DNA from: Eledone cirrhosa
Taxonomy: Eukaryota
Assembly: GCA_964016885.1 (NCBI GenBank)
Contig: OZ024741.1
Span: 309,194,001 to 309,258,000 of the forward strand
Length of the DNA: 64,000 bases
Direction: 5' to 3'
In this document: piece by piece, positions 27,200 to 41,520 of the stretch
Position numbering within the stretch: position 1 is the stretch's first letter
Layout: every line of letters begins with the position of its first letter
Position numbers and translations under genes: made by a program
Notes under the pieces: model-generated
Database searches by the model: none
The model's input: the letters and a program-made list of their open reading frames with translations, nothing else
What the model was told of the DNA's origin: nothing

Positions 27200-30000
27200 T
27201 TGGAGCAGGAGCAACTACCCCTTGGAAAGCAAATCCTACACAGCAATACGTTGGAGCCGTGTAGGTCGTCATGGAAAGGGAATGGGTAATAGCCATAGAC
27301 TTCTGTCTCAGGTGTACCAGGATTTCGATCTTGTCATAAGAAACACATGGTTTAGACCAGAGGTTCTCAAAGTAGGCGGTACTCCATCTTCCCCCACCGG
27401 GGGGTGTTAAGAAGGTCTAGGGGACACTGTTGCCTATATAATAGTATATGGGGGTAGATATAATAGTATATTAAATATAATTTGATTTATATATATAAAT
27501 ATAGTAAAATAAAAAAAATACGATATTTATTTATACATAGTATATATTATATTATATTATTTATTATATATGGCGGTGGATTGGCAGTATCGGTCGAGGG
27601 CCTTTATGGTCTGAGTTCAAATCCCACCGAGGTTTACTTTGCCTTTCATCCTTACGGAGTCGATAAAATAAAGCACCAGTAATACACTGGGATAATTGCT
27701 GGCCTTGTGCCAAAAGTAGAAACAATTATTTATTAAATATGGCCGTGAATTGGCAGTATCCGTAGAGGGTCGGACGCCATGTTTTCCAGCATAGTTACGT
27801 CCTTTTACGGTCTGAGTTCAAATCCCGCCGAGGTCAAATTTGCCTTTCATCCTTACAGGGTCGATAAAATAAAGTACCAGTAATGTACTAGGTAATTGCT
27901 GGCCTTGTGCCAAAAGTAGAAATAATTATTTATTATATATAAATTAACGATTTCATTTATATATTATTTACAATTTACTTGTAGGTAAGTTTCTTTGGAA
28001 ATAGGGATGGGGTGCGCTGAAAGCATTGCGTGGCCGTGAGGGGGGCGGTGACCTCAAAAGTTTGAGAACCTCTGGTTTAGACTGAAGAACAAGTACAAGG
28101 GAGCATGGATACACCTACATTCACGGCATTGGCATAGTGATCATTTGCGAGATGTCAAATCTATCCGTTGTATGAGAGGGGCAGCGTGTTGCACGGACCA
28201 CTGTCACCTGCGAGCATCTCTCCGTGCTCGGGTTCGAAATAAAATGAAACATGGCTGTTTCAAGATGCAAAGACGTATAAACGCCTCACAATTGGCCTGC
28301 TCAGAAAAAACGAATGAAGTTTCAAGAAGCAGTTTAGCAAATTGAAGTCACCAGCATTGATGATGCATATCTGTCTTTTAACAAACAGAGAAAAACAGGA
28401 CTGGTTTACTGCAAATGAACTATTAGTGAAAAGCCTTCCAAGGGAAAAGATAACATGTCTGGACAAGTTCTTTTCATGCTCGAAGGAAGGTGCAGACAAA
28501 TCTCAGCTGGAGAAGGGTTTCAAAGAATGTAAGGTGCGGGTACAACACGAATGTCAAGCTACAAAAGATTCATGGTGGCGTGATAAAGTGCATCACATAC
28601 AAACCCCGGGAGAAAGACGAGAAGCTAAATTATTATATCACAAACTGCACATAATAATTGGTCCACCCTCCACAGTCATTGCCCAACTGCAGTCAAAAAA
28701 TGGAATCGAAGTGTTACGTAATCCTGATGAAATCAAGCAAGATGGCGCGAACACAATAACGATTCCTTAAGTCACGCAAATTTCGTTACTCTCGACGTGA
28801 TTGAAGCGATGGAGCAAGCTCCAGTCATTAACAAGTTTGGTGAACTTCCCCCATTGGAAGAGGTTAAACTTATAGTGAGGCAAATGAACACTAGCAAAGA
28901 ACGTGGGAAATATAGTGTAGTGACTGAAATAGTTTAACAAGATGGTCCTAAAGTAAACGATAGGTGTGGTTGAAGGATGCAGTCTCACGGGACTGGAAGG
29001 ATGCCATTCTCATCTCTCTCTTCAAGAAGTGATGCAAAGATGTTTGTGACAAGTACCGTGGGATCTCTTTACTATCAGTTGTTGGGAAAATCTTTGCCAG
29101 GATTCTTATTAATGGTTTGCTAATGCACGTTGCACCAAATATTCTGCCAGAATCTCAGTGTGGTTTCGTGGCACTGGTTCTTTTGAAGCTGGGTTACCCT
29201 AAGAAGTTTACGGGGCTTATATGTTCATTGTATGATGACATGAGAGCTTGGGTTTGCGTCAATTGTTTGCTTCTAGAATGTTTCTCAGTTGAGACAGGCG
29301 TGAAACAGGGTGACATGCTCGCTCTGACATTTTTGGCCATCTTCTCTGCAGGTGTTTTGTTAAAAGCATTCACCAATACCAATGTTGGCCTATATATATA
29401 CATTATCGAACAATAGGAAGGCTCTTTAACACCAGGCTATTCTTTGCTGCAACAAACACATATATTGCATTGATGCCTGATGTTCTTTATACAGACGACT
29501 GTAATCTTATTAGCGACACGGAAGAACACCTTCAATCTCTGATGAATTGCTTTTCGGCTGCGTGTGATGCGTTTGAGCTGAAAATCATCATGAGAAAGTG
29601 GTGATGGAGCAACATTCTCCCGGAAAGCCATACACAGTATTCCAAAATCCATATATGTCAAAGAGAGAATATTAACTGTTGTGAATAAGTTCGTTTATCT
29701 GGGTATTATTCTCTCCATAACCAGCACCCTTGATGAAGAGGTCTGCTACTGACTGTCTAAAGCTTCCACTGCTTTTGGTCACAGTCAGATATCAGTGTGC
29801 GTACGACAGTTGAAGTATATTAAACGTGTGTGCTTACAGCCTTACTGCATGGATGTAAGACATAGACAACATACTGTGGGCATATCCAACACCTCGGACG
29901 CTTCCATCAAGATTTCTTGAAGTTCTCATATACCAGACACTGATGTGCTGCAGCGGGCCTTTCTGTTAAGCATCGACACCGTGATCATGAAACAGCGTCA
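27200..30000 (+). mobile_element. Decayed RTE-clade LINE (APE endonuclease + RT pseudogene)
   Basis: VGRHGKG..RLL..DLVIRNTWFR|LKNKYKGAWIHLHSRHWH..RDVKSIRCMRGAACCTDH (EN). YRGISLLSVVGKIFARIL, ILPESQCGF, VETGVKQG and LYTDD (RT). Many frameshifts and stops. Confidence 0.9.
27358..28074. mobile_element. hAT-type MITE carrying two nested SINE copies (~27570-27730, ~27740-27930)
   Basis: TIRs cagaggttctcaaa / tttgagaacctctg. Perfect 8-bp TSD gtttagac (27350-27357, 28075-28082). Splits the RTE EN reading frame at WFR|L. Confidence 0.92.
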
Positions 30001-30019
30001 AACATCGGCTCAAGATTAT

Positions 30020-30265
30020 GTGTTTCAAACATAGGTTCACGTCTATATCTTTCAATCATAGGCTGTCAGCACTTCGCATTTCACACATACACTCAATACT
30101 ATACATTTAAAGATAGGCTCATGATTATAACATTCAAACATAAGTTCAAGAATTTGTGTTTGAAACATAGGTTCATATCTATGCATTTCAAACACAGAAT
30201 CATTTCAAGCATAGGCTCAAGTTATACATTTCAAACATAGGCTCATGACTATATATTTCAAACGG
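30020..30265. repeat. Degenerate tandem repeat (tttcaaacataggctca motif)
   Basis: The motif recurs about 8 times at ~25-35-bp spacing. Confidence 0.6.
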
Positions 30266-30329
30266 ATGTCAAACATTTTGAAAGAATGTATAGTCGATGA
30301 TATCGACTCCGTTATTTCACTGGGGCTTT

Positions 30330-30580
30330 TTGATGAATTTGTCCATCAATTTACTGATATTGCTCATCCATGTACCGATATCGACAATAGAACTACTGAT
30401 ATCGTCCATTAATCAGATGATTTTGTCCATGGATCTCCAGAGTTTGTCTACAGAACTACACATTTTGTAAAATGATCTATCGATTTCGTCTATGGATCTG
30501 TTAGTTTTCTGCATCGATTTCTCGATTTTGTCCATCGAAATAATGATTACCTCCATCGATTTGATGATGTTGATAATTGA
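30330..30580 (-). repeat. Degenerate 21-bp repeat encoding heptads (SMDKIxx) on the minus strand
   Basis: Minus translation SMDKIEK SMQKTNR SIDEIDR SFYKMCS SVDKLWR SMDKII* LMDDISS SIVDIGT WMSNISK LMDKFIK. Confidence 0.6.
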
Positions 30581-30689
30581 ACAACCAAATTTTGTTTATT
30601 GAACTATCGATTATGTGCATCAGTTTAACGAATTGTTTCGCACTGTAGATGGAAAATGTCTCGAAGTATTTAGTCATCTGTCAAGTTAT

Positions 30690-32395
30690 AAGGACATCAG
30701 GCAGATTACTTTCCTTAAAATGAGCACAGTGCCTAGCAAGGCTGAAGTTTGTATGACACCAACCACTTTAGAAGTCTTAGTGTTTCAATGGGATTGACCC
30801 TAATGTCCTGATCACAACTGGTATCACTTTCAACATTAACATCTCGCATTCCATACAGTCTTGCCATCTCCTCTTTCAATTCGCAGTACTTGGTGATTTT
30901 TTCAACCTCTTTATTCGCAATGTCCATGTTATTTAGTATGTCTACCTCTATGATCTGACAGTATTTGTTTTTTCATGTTCAATATGACAATATCCGGTCA
31001 GTGATACTCAATTACTTTATCTGTCTGAAAATCATAATCTCAGAATATCGTTGCTTTCTCATCCTCCTGCATTATTTTACAATTCTCATACCAATTCTCT
31101 ATTACTTCGTATTGGCATTTATGATGTAAGTGCCAATGAAGGTACGAACAGATTTTATCATGGCAGCGCTTGTATTTTTGTGCGGAAGACTCTTAAATCC
31201 ATTTACTAAGTGGGTTACATTTTTTTCACATTCTTTTTACAGAGTCTGCATTTCTGTGTGAGAAGTTTTCTAGATATTTTACTTCACTGAATTGACAGCA
31301 AGAGCTTCGTCATGTGCTGCAATTATAAGGCTTTCAGTAGCCCGCTTCAAACGGCATTACTTAAACCATGTTTATAATGTTTTATCCTTAATAGCCTGCT
31401 TATTTCTTTCAAACTGCCCTTGAATTCTCAGTTCCAGATCTTTTCTCTTCTCTTCAACTCTTTGGTTAAACTCTTCCGTACAAACCATTTCATCTGCATT
31501 TATACCCATACCTTCCGCTGCATATTGCAACGACTCTTCCTCACCGTTTACCAATTATTCTGCTAGTGTTCTTTCACTTCTTATACAATGATCCACACCG
31601 AAGAGACCTCTACCACCAGTTTTTCTCTTCATGTACAATCTGTTTATATTTGCTTTAGGGTGTAAAGTTCTGTACAATGTCTCGTCTTTCTATCCAACTT
31701 TGCTATTTCTGCTTCAGTCCACCTGAGAATAGACGGATTATAGCTATCTATTCATTGCAGTGACTATATTTCTCGCACTCAGACTTGATTTTAAAATCAT
31801 TTTTACTCCTCTTTTTAAATATGTCTCTCTAACCTTTTCTTTCACTTCTGCATGTAAAATATCACCAAGCGCGTAAACCACCATATATCTTGCGGTTGCC
31901 CAATGGTTTCTCCCGATGTCAGCTTTAATCCACTACTGTTATTTTTCTCATTTTATATTGAGCACAGAGCATTTGGAAATCCCGAATTCCTTACCGATGT
32001 CACTATTTGGACTGTTTTAACCAAATAATCTATCTGGTTTTCAAATTTCCCAAACAGTTACAGGTCATCTGTAAACAGAAGATGGTTTATGAATGGTCCT
32101 TTCTTCCACATCGGTAACCCATTTTTACATTCCTAAGTGTCAGTTTTACAGGTATAAAAGCAATGACAAATAGTAATGGTGAAATTGAGTTACCTTGGAA
32201 GATAGCCCTTTTAATTTCTATTTTTCCAAGGAATACATTGCTTGAGTATAACTTGGTCTTCCACTCTAGCCTACTATTCAAAAGAAAACGTGTGATGTCA
32301 GCAATACCAATTGTCTGTGGGCATTCAACAATCCAAGAATAAGGCACCATATCATATGCTTTCTTAAAGTCAATCCATTCCATAAACATGTTGGT
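30690..32395 (-). mobile_element. R4/Dong-like non-LTR retrotransposon fragment (RT + restriction-like endonuclease)
   Basis: WIDFKKAYDMVP.SW, IKRAIFQGNSISPLLFVIA, NHLLFTDDL, RHDKI..YLHW, PDIV, KEVEKITKYCELKEEMARL, SALLGT..ILRKV; disrupted frame. Confidence 0.85.
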
Positions 32396-32402
32396 ATTTT
32401 AC

Positions 32403-33778
32403 AATGCCTCAACAGTGCCTTAACAATCACCAGGTGAACTTTGGTACCCCGAGATCTTCTCCTACATCCTGTTTGCTCTCTTGTTCCTCCTCATCCCCAA
32501 ATAAAGATGAAGGAGAAGCCCCAAAAGCAAAAAAGAAAAAGAAAAATTCATCTCCTCACACACTAACAAGCACACATTACACTCCCACAGCAAACACAGA
32601 CGCAGCTACAACACCAATATTACAACAGACAACAACAATACAACCAACAACAACAACACCGACAGAACCACAAATCCTGCCCCATAAAAGAAAACACACA
32701 CAGACACCAACAACGGCAGACACACCCAACTTCGTGTTACTAAGAAGGGTCGACAAAAAAATGATGGCTCTTGTAAACAAAGTCAAGCTTTTGAAAAAGA
32801 GGGAGATATATTTGGCACCTGCACCTTCAAAGTGCCCAAAACACTGCTGATGGTGAGGATGACAATAATCACAAACAAAACCATTAGGGAAAGCTTTCCC
32901 GACGACGTGGGAAACCCTAATGTGAAACCCCCGAGTAGGCTTTTAAAGGGGCTCCCAATGGAAATCCCATCAATCGACCTCCACAAGAGCTCGGGAGGTA
33001 AGTAAAACTTTCCTCGCTCTTTTAGCTTGCCAACATGGCCATCTCAAGAGTAAGATGTTTAAATATTCGTGGCCTGAGGTCGTCCTGGAAACAAGGTCAC
33101 CTGCTGAACGACCTCAGATATGAATGTGATTGCCGTGAGCGAGACCAAGATATCCGACACGCACGCACTAGCCTCTATTTTAGATGACTATCAGACCTTC
33201 GCATCGGTTAGTCGGCCGGGAATGAGAGGTTGGGTGACAGTGTTGTTTAGGAAAAGCTTGGATCTCGAGGTAAGGTCAATCTTCCAGGACTCGACGGTTA
33301 TTTGGTGGTCCTGCATGTGAGCAATAGCAAAGGTGGTGCCTTTAGACCGGCGGCCGTCTACGCACAGACCAGGACCGGGCGGCCGGACTTCTTTAGGCGC
33401 CAGGAATCCTTTTTGTGAACCTCGCGCTTTTTTCTGTTAACGGGGGACTGGAACGGGATCTTAGACTTACGCTGGGATTGTTTGGGTGGAGCTAAGAGGA
33501 ACGGGCGATGCAAAAGCCTCAAGTACCTGATCAGCCAGTTCCAACTGTCTGACAGGTGCCGACTAGATTTCCTTAATGCGCCAGTGTGGACCTGGCCCAA
33601 CCGCATAGGGTCATCTAGATCGTATATAAATATGTTTTTTATTAGGCCAATAGATAAGGATAGTATAGGTTGTCCACACTTTCAAACGGTCACCTATTCA
33701 TATCACAAGTTTGTGATCTGTATGGTCGACCTAGATACGGCAGGCTGGTCAGGACCTGGTTACTGGAAACTGAACACT
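32403..33778 (+). mobile_element. L1/Tx1-clade LINE 5' fragment (ORF1 remnant + APE endonuclease)
   Basis: LNIRGL, VIAVSETK, LTGDWNGILD, VWTWPN, SYHKFV, ending in the GPGYWKLN hallmark of L1/Tx1 endonucleases. Confidence 0.8.
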
Positions 33779-33779
33779 G

Positions 33780-34190
33780 TTGAAATATTTGGTCTCCAAA
33801 TTCTGTTTCTATTCCACTTTCCCAGTTATTTTCATCATGTTCATTAGGATTTCTTACTTTTTCAATCCTTTGCCTGGTTTGGTGAGATGACAACCTTTCA
33901 ATTAAGACATGTAGCTGGCTACTCTCGTCATCTAATACTTCATTTTCTTCCTGACTTATATTAAGGTCATTTTCCATTGCATGCCTGATCGCAATTAATT
34001 CCGTATCGGTAAATCTATTATTTCTTAAAATATTTCTCCTAACAGTTGCTAACCTGTTTTCATTCAAATAAGGTCTGTTAACTTGACTTAGTGGTCTCCA
34101 TATTTTCTAAGAATTTGCGGTGTGTCTCTCCTGAGATGGTTTAACTAATGCATAAGAATAAGCGTATATTACTTCTTTATACTCTTACAC
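33780..34190 (-). mobile_element. N-terminal fragment of the R4/Dong-like element
   Basis: NENRLATVRRNILRNNRFTDTELIAIR resembles R4/Dong N-termini. Same strand as, and upstream of, 30690-32395. Confidence 0.6.
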
Positions 34191-34218
34191 ACACACTTAC
34201 ACACACATAAACACACTA

Positions 34219-34271
<53 letters not shown>

Positions 34272-34276
<5 letters not shown>

Positions 34277-34367
34277 GTTTCTACTTTAGGCACAAGGCCA
34301 GCAATTACCCAGTGAATTACTGGTACTTTATTTTATCGACCCCGTAAGGATGAAAGGCAAAGTCAAC
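34272..34367 (-). mobile_element. Truncated Nin/Deu-like SINE
   Basis: ggcacaaggccagcaattacccagtgaattactggtactttattttatcgaccccgtaaggatgaaaggcaaagtcaac, ending where the fold-back element begins. Confidence 0.8.
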
Positions 34368-34655
34368 CTAGAAATTGATTAACATATATATAAACATGAA
34401 TAATCACAGGAGATAATTTTTACACATAGCTCTCACACCAAATCTCCACTTCCGTGGTTTACCATCCGATTAATTGGTGAAATATATTTCTTTAATGGAA
34501 TATATACAAGGAAGATTAATCATATTATAAGGTATCTATTTTTGAAGTTCTGGTCAACTTTATTTAGTTACCTACCTAGCTATGTGTGGTTACACACTTG
34601 TAAAAATTATCTCCTGTGATTATTCATGTTTATATATATGTTAATCAATTTCTAG
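34368..34655. repeat. Fold-back element with perfect 57-bp inverted arms
   Basis: 34368-34424 is the exact reverse complement of 34599-34655. Confidence 0.9.
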
Positions 34656-34785
34656 TAATTATAAAATGGTCGGACCTACTCGTTAGAATCTTAGAGCTTA
34701 TTTTCCGGGTGATATGGCGCATGTCTTTCTGGCATGACACCCATAATTTTGATCTAGATTAACTTCATTTAATTTACCTTAATTT

Positions 34786-34834
<49 letters not shown>

Positions 34835-35519
34835 GTTAAAACGGCAGATTTCAGTAGTCGGGACCCGACTCTTTCTAATAATGCCATACCCTACTATCTC
34901 AAGTATCGAGTACTCTGTTGAGTAATGGTCTAACTAATTTGCTTCTATCTAATATATAAATATATATATATATATATATACACTTATACAAGCTCCATTA
35001 AAATAATAATTTCCTACAAATATACTAGGCCTCAAAATGAAGGGAATAGAACAGTTGATTATATCGACCCAGTACATTCATTGACCGGTATTTTATTTCA
35101 TAGATTCCAGAAGGATGAAAGGCGTAGTTGACCTCGTAGGGGAATTTGACCGCAGAAATTAATAACAAAAAAAAAACAAAACAAAAAAAACTGGAATATA
35201 AATCGCAAAGTGCAGAATTCTATCGATTTCGTCCATTATACTTGACCGCAATTTTGGTAACATTAAGTAGTCGAGAGGCAAGGGTATCCCACTTCCTACA
35301 TTTACAAACATTTTTAGTATCTATTTTTTGCGAATTGCCAGTTGAAGGGGCTGAGAAATGAGTATGGAAACGGGGTTAAATTAACTGGTAATAGGCCAGG
35401 CGATCAAACGCATTTCGTCCAATTTCTATATAGAACAATTTATTGTACGTTGTTTCAGTTCACTTAGATTTCCCCGCTTTATTCAGGAGTAACTAATAGT
35501 CCATAAAAGAACACACACA

Positions 35520-36989
<1,470 letters not shown>

Positions 36990-37189
36990 NNNNNNNNNNN
37001 NNNNNNNNNNNNNNNNNNNNNNNNNNNNNNNNNNNNNNNNNNNNNNNNNNNNNNNNNNNNNNNNNNNNNNNNNNNNNNNNNNNNNNNNNNNNNNNNNNNN
37101 NNNNNNNNNNNNNNNNNNNNNNNNNNNNNNNNNNNNNNNNNNNNNNNNNNNNNNNNNNNNNNNNNNNNNNNNNNNNNNNNNNNNNNNNN
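36990..37189. other. Assembly gap (200 N)
   Basis: Run of N; the true size is unknown. Confidence 0.99.
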
Positions 37190-37639
37190 AGGAGAAAGCA
37201 TGGGTGGGTGGGGAAACCATTATCCCTCCTCCTTCTCTCTTATGACACAACACCTGGTTGATGTAACTTCACTCAGGTTCATAAAATTTCATTGGCTTAC
37301 CTCTTTAGTGTTTATTGTAGAGTATGTCCTACAGTGGTGGTAGCGAATTGACAGTCATTAGAACGGTACATGTTCTGGCTTTCTGAGCTCTGAGTTCAAA
37401 TCCTGCCGATATCAGTTTTTGCCTTTTAGATTTTCAAGGTTGATAAATGAAGGACCAGTCAAGTATAAAGTTGATCTCAATAGGATTTAAACTCAGAGAG
37501 ATGGAATGAATTCTGCAAAGCATTCTGTTCAATGCCCCATGACTCTATATTACAAATACCATTTTAATAATGAAGCAATTGATAATTTTAGTAAATCACT
37601 CCATGTTTTTCATTAGTTTATTGAAATACAGTGTATTTC

Positions 37640-37859
37640 GTGTGTTGAAACAGATATTGTTATATTTGGAGAGGATCATGTTATAATATTGCCAAAAAAA
37701 ATATAGTAAAATGCGCACAGTGTTTGCTTTGGGTTGGTTTTCACTTATGGAAATCTAAAAAATATACTAAAGCAAAACTCAACCCAAACCAGTGAGTGTG
37801 TTTTACTATATTTTTCAGGCAATATTGTAACAACTTGACCCTCACCAAATATAACAATA
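37640..37859. mobile_element. Fold-back insertion (~80-bp imperfect inverted arms) with 12-bp TSD
   Basis: Arm from 37655 (tattgttatatttgg...tttgggttg) pairs with caacccaaa...ccaaatataacaata (ends 37859). acagtgtatttc at 37628-37639 and 37860-37871. Confidence 0.8.
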
Positions 37860-38459
37860 ACAGTGTATTTCATTAGGGAAAAAGTAATGAAAAGTTTAAA
37901 GTAATTCTCTGGTAGAATCAGTAATAATGTTGGAATTTTGAATTACAGATACAACTGTTACACCAAAATTTGCTATGAGTCCATGAGGGAGTCTCTACAT
38001 AATCACTCAACTTATTAGAAATAGCAGCCAAGTCCCCTCAAATCACAATATTAATAAATGGATAACTATTAGTTTTGATGATGAATCTCTGAGTTGTTCA
38101 GTTAATGGAAAAAGGCTTATTTGTTGAATTAGTGTGCAAGTGGCTGAGTATTCCATGGACACTTGTACCTTTATCATAATTCTCAGGAGATTCAGCATGA
38201 CAATATGTGACAAGGCTGGGCTTTTCAACTACAGACACGATCTAACTGACAGGCTTCCACACAATTTCTTTTGACTCAACTTCACTCTTCACTAACAAGG
38301 TTTAGGTCAACCCGAGGTTACAGTAAAACATACCTGGCCAAGATGACATGCAGTGGAACCAAACTTAGAACCTCATGGTCAAGAAGACAACTTCTTAACC
38401 ACTCAGTCAGACAATATCCATAACAAATCATAGCTATTATTTTAAAGAAATAAAGAAAA

Positions 38460-38720
38460 AGTGACGTCTGAACGAGTATCTTCCTCCTCCAACTAACTTA
38501 CCCTCTGCCTCTGGATCTCAGCTGACAGGATGGAGAATACATCGCCCTGGAGGATGGCAAGTGAGACAAACTGGAACAGTTACTCGCACCTATGGGTGGT
38601 CAACTCTGCTCTGATAGCAGTGAGTAGGGATGTGGTCCAAAAGCCAAGAACGCCAGAAGTCTCCACTGCTACAGGCTCTACCACAAACCTATCAGAGATT
38701 GGCCGATACTTGGACAGTTT
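38460..38720 (-). mobile_element. CRE-like (RLE) non-LTR retrotransposon 3' fragment
   Basis: Paralogous to 54095-54335. Minus frame LSKYRPISDRFVVEPVAVETSG matches the RLE C-terminal K..KY..PVAVET.G motif. Confidence 0.6.
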
Positions 38721-38745
38721 GCCCTCTTTGGCAATGTTATCTTAA

Positions 38746-39241
38746 CCCTTTAGCATTTAAACCGGCCATATTCGGCCAGAATTCTCTTACCTCTTTCTGT
38801 TCCAACCGGCCATGACTGACCACTCATACTGACATTAAGGTATTGTTCTCAAAATAAATAACATCAAAATCGCATAGAATCGATATTATGTGAGATAATT
38901 ATGTAAGATAAAGCCCTTACCACAAAATTACTCCATCCTTCCACTCCTGCCAACACCACCCTTTCTCTATAAAGTTATGTTGGTCCCACAACATCCAGTC
39001 CAAACTAATGAGGTCGTGTAGGTAATATGGTAAAAAGCTCCCAGTCCACACTGTAAATGTGGTTGGTGTTAGGAAGAGCATCCAGCCATAGAAAACCTGC
39101 CAGATAGTCCTATACAAGTGAGACACGGTCACCCGACCAATCTTGCCTCAAGTGGGACAATTCCCGTCTAACCCATGCTAGCGTGGAAGATAGACGTTAA
39201 ATGATGATGATGATGATGAGAGTAATGTAAATGTTAAAGAG
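38746..39241. mobile_element. TTAA-flanked (piggyBac-type) MITE interrupted by an RTE-tail repeat (~38915-39220)
   Basis: ttaa|ccctttagcattta ... taaatgttaaagag|ttaa; same family as 47867, ~53295, 56609 and 62831. Confidence 0.8.
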
Positions 39242-39389
39242 TTAACCAAAGACAGGAAACCTGCACAAGATGCCATACACCGGATAGATGGAACCCAAGA
39301 CCATATAATTGCTAAGTGGACTACTTAACCACTCAACCATCTCTCTATCCTCGCATCCCTGCTCTATTAATTCTTTCTCTCTATTTCAG

Positions 39390-39464
39390 ATGATGACCAT
39401 CATATTGTATTGACCCCACACTTTGCTGAATCTGTTACTGAAGGAGATATCATCTGGGTCAAAG
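39390..39464 (+). CDS. DLST: DLST exon (start of lipoyl domain: DDHHIVLTPHFAESVTEGDIIWVK)
   Basis: ttcag| acceptor, |gtgaga donor; FAESVTEGD motif of E2o. Confidence 0.93.
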
Positions 39465-39953
39465 GTGAGAAGAATATCTATCACATTTATTTCTTTGTTT
39501 GTTTTTTTTATCAATGTATTGTGTGTAGGTGGTTGTCTGTATGTGTGTCTGTCTGTGTGTATGTGTACTTATATGTGTGCATTCTTGTGTGTCTGCATGT
39601 ATCAATGAGTGTGTTTTTGCATTGTTTCCTATAAACCTTTAATAAAACAATTTATGATTATTTTCTCTCTTTCTATATTGCTCTCTCTCTCTCTCCATAT
39701 ATATATATATATGTATATATATATATCACATTGTTTTTCATGATAGGACTGAAGTCCTTATCATTAAAATACCTCTAGGAAACCTCATATGAAGTACAAC
39801 CTTATAACAGTCCAGCCAAACCTGCATAGGTGTGAGCTGAAACATTTCATTTTCTCTCTATCTCTCTCTGACACACACACACACATGCACGTAGCTTGTC
39901 AATATGTTAAAATTAATCAGGATTTGATCAGTATTTTTGTTGTCTCTTATCAG

Positions 39954-40009
39954 CGATTGGAGACTCTGTAGCTATTGACGATGTTGTCGCTGAAATCGAG
40001 ACTGACAAG
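39954..40009 (+). CDS. DLST: DLST exon (AIGDSVAIDDVVAEIETDK; lipoyl-Lys at 40007-40009)
   Basis: atcag| acceptor, |gtaggt donor; ETDK lipoylation motif; phase-compatible with its neighbours. Confidence 0.95.
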
Positions 40010-40444
40010 GTAGGTAGATTGAACATTTCCAGTGCTAAAGTTTAGGGTTTCACTATCACCATCAACATCGCTGTCAACATCATTTTTACATCCATTTCTC
40101 CACGTTGGTATGAGTTGGACCTGATTTTTTGAAGCAGTTATTTTTCAGTCTGTTACCCTTCCTGACACCAACCATTTTAGATACTGTGACAATCTATTCT
40201 AAAAACTGGAAGAAACACATCAAAATTAAATCTTTCATGACTGTATTTTCAATGAAATGCATTCTATTTTAGTTAATTAATGAAAAATTTGGAAAGATTA
40301 CTAAAATTGTTAATTATTTCATTACTGAGATAGTAACTAGATATATGGTTTTTATATAAAATTATGTTAGATCTTAATTCAAATAGGAACCCATTAAAAG
40401 GGGTGGTTTTGTGTTTTGGGTTGGGTTCTTATATACATGGTATT

Positions 40445-41520
40445 AAGAGAGTTGTGTCTGGTGGAGACTCGGTCATCAATTGTGCATTTTCATCAGTGTA
40501 ATATACCCTCTGCTCATTTTCCAAGTGGACTACATGGTTCACTTCTTCTGTGTGTCAAAACCAAAGATTCTTTATATGGCTTCATTGATATAAAAGTATT
40601 TTCCTGTTAGGTATGTTTTAACTTCATTTAGTTGGTTATTGCCACCAATAGTAATGGTTGACATATCACTACCTTTGTTGACATATTTACAAACATACTT
40701 AATTGATTTGACTGATGCACTGTACTCACAATTGATGTGAGCGTCAAGGATTTTGCAGAGGAGAGGATTGTAGGAAATGACCCAATTGTTACCAACCTGA
40801 ACGTCTTGACCCCGTATCTTGATAATCGCAGTTTTTCCACAAATTCAGGCTCCTCCATCTTTATTGAGGATATCTGTCATCTCCAGTTATGGTTTTTTGT
40901 TGAAAAGGCCTTGGATTTCTTTTTTTACATTTGTTAAATTTCAAGCACACACACTTGGTATTGATACTGAGACATGGACCAATTATCATTTGTTTTGAGA
41001 TAATGGCAAATAGTTCTGAGTCTTCTTCAGGAAAACCTCTTTTCTGCCATTCAATAGTGTAAAGCCAACATCTTAGTTCACCAAAGGTTTGTCCCTCTTT
41101 TAGCAGCCACATCAAGATATTCTGTTTCTCATTGAAAACTCTGGTAATGATGTCATGTATATATTTTGCATGTTTGTGTTCAAACAGTTCGTTTTGAATT
41201 TCTGGCCACATAGGATTGCATGTAAATGTAATGAAAAGATCTTGACAACCAAATTTTCTTACATGTGCCATAGCATCTTGTGTGCTTTCAGCCATATAGC
41301 ATGGACTGCCTGTGAAGCTAAATGGCAAAATGACTGGCTGACCAACACAGGAATGATTCATTCCATCAGCTACAATAACATCTCTCAAGTGGATGTATTG
41401 CTCTGTTCTAAGTTTAGCTTGGTTGTTTTTAATGAATGTCAATCGTTCAGCTTTAATTTCGGCTTAAAAATCAACCATTAATTGGCTTGCAAGTCTTTCT
41501 ATTTTTAAGATATTGTTAAA
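40445..41520 (-). mobile_element. Helitron Rep-domain pseudogene fragment in a DLST intron
   Basis: KLRTEQYIHLRD, VILPFSFTGSPCYM..QDAMAHVRKFG..DLFITFTCNP.WPEI, IEWQKRG, NNWVISYNPLL..AHIN, KYVNKGSD, VHLENEQRVYY. Confidence 0.92.

Noticed and set aside
35200-35500. Possible DLST promoter or first exon
   Set aside because: Slightly CpG-richer unique sequence, but no open ATG-donor exon, and it is separated from DLST by a gap.
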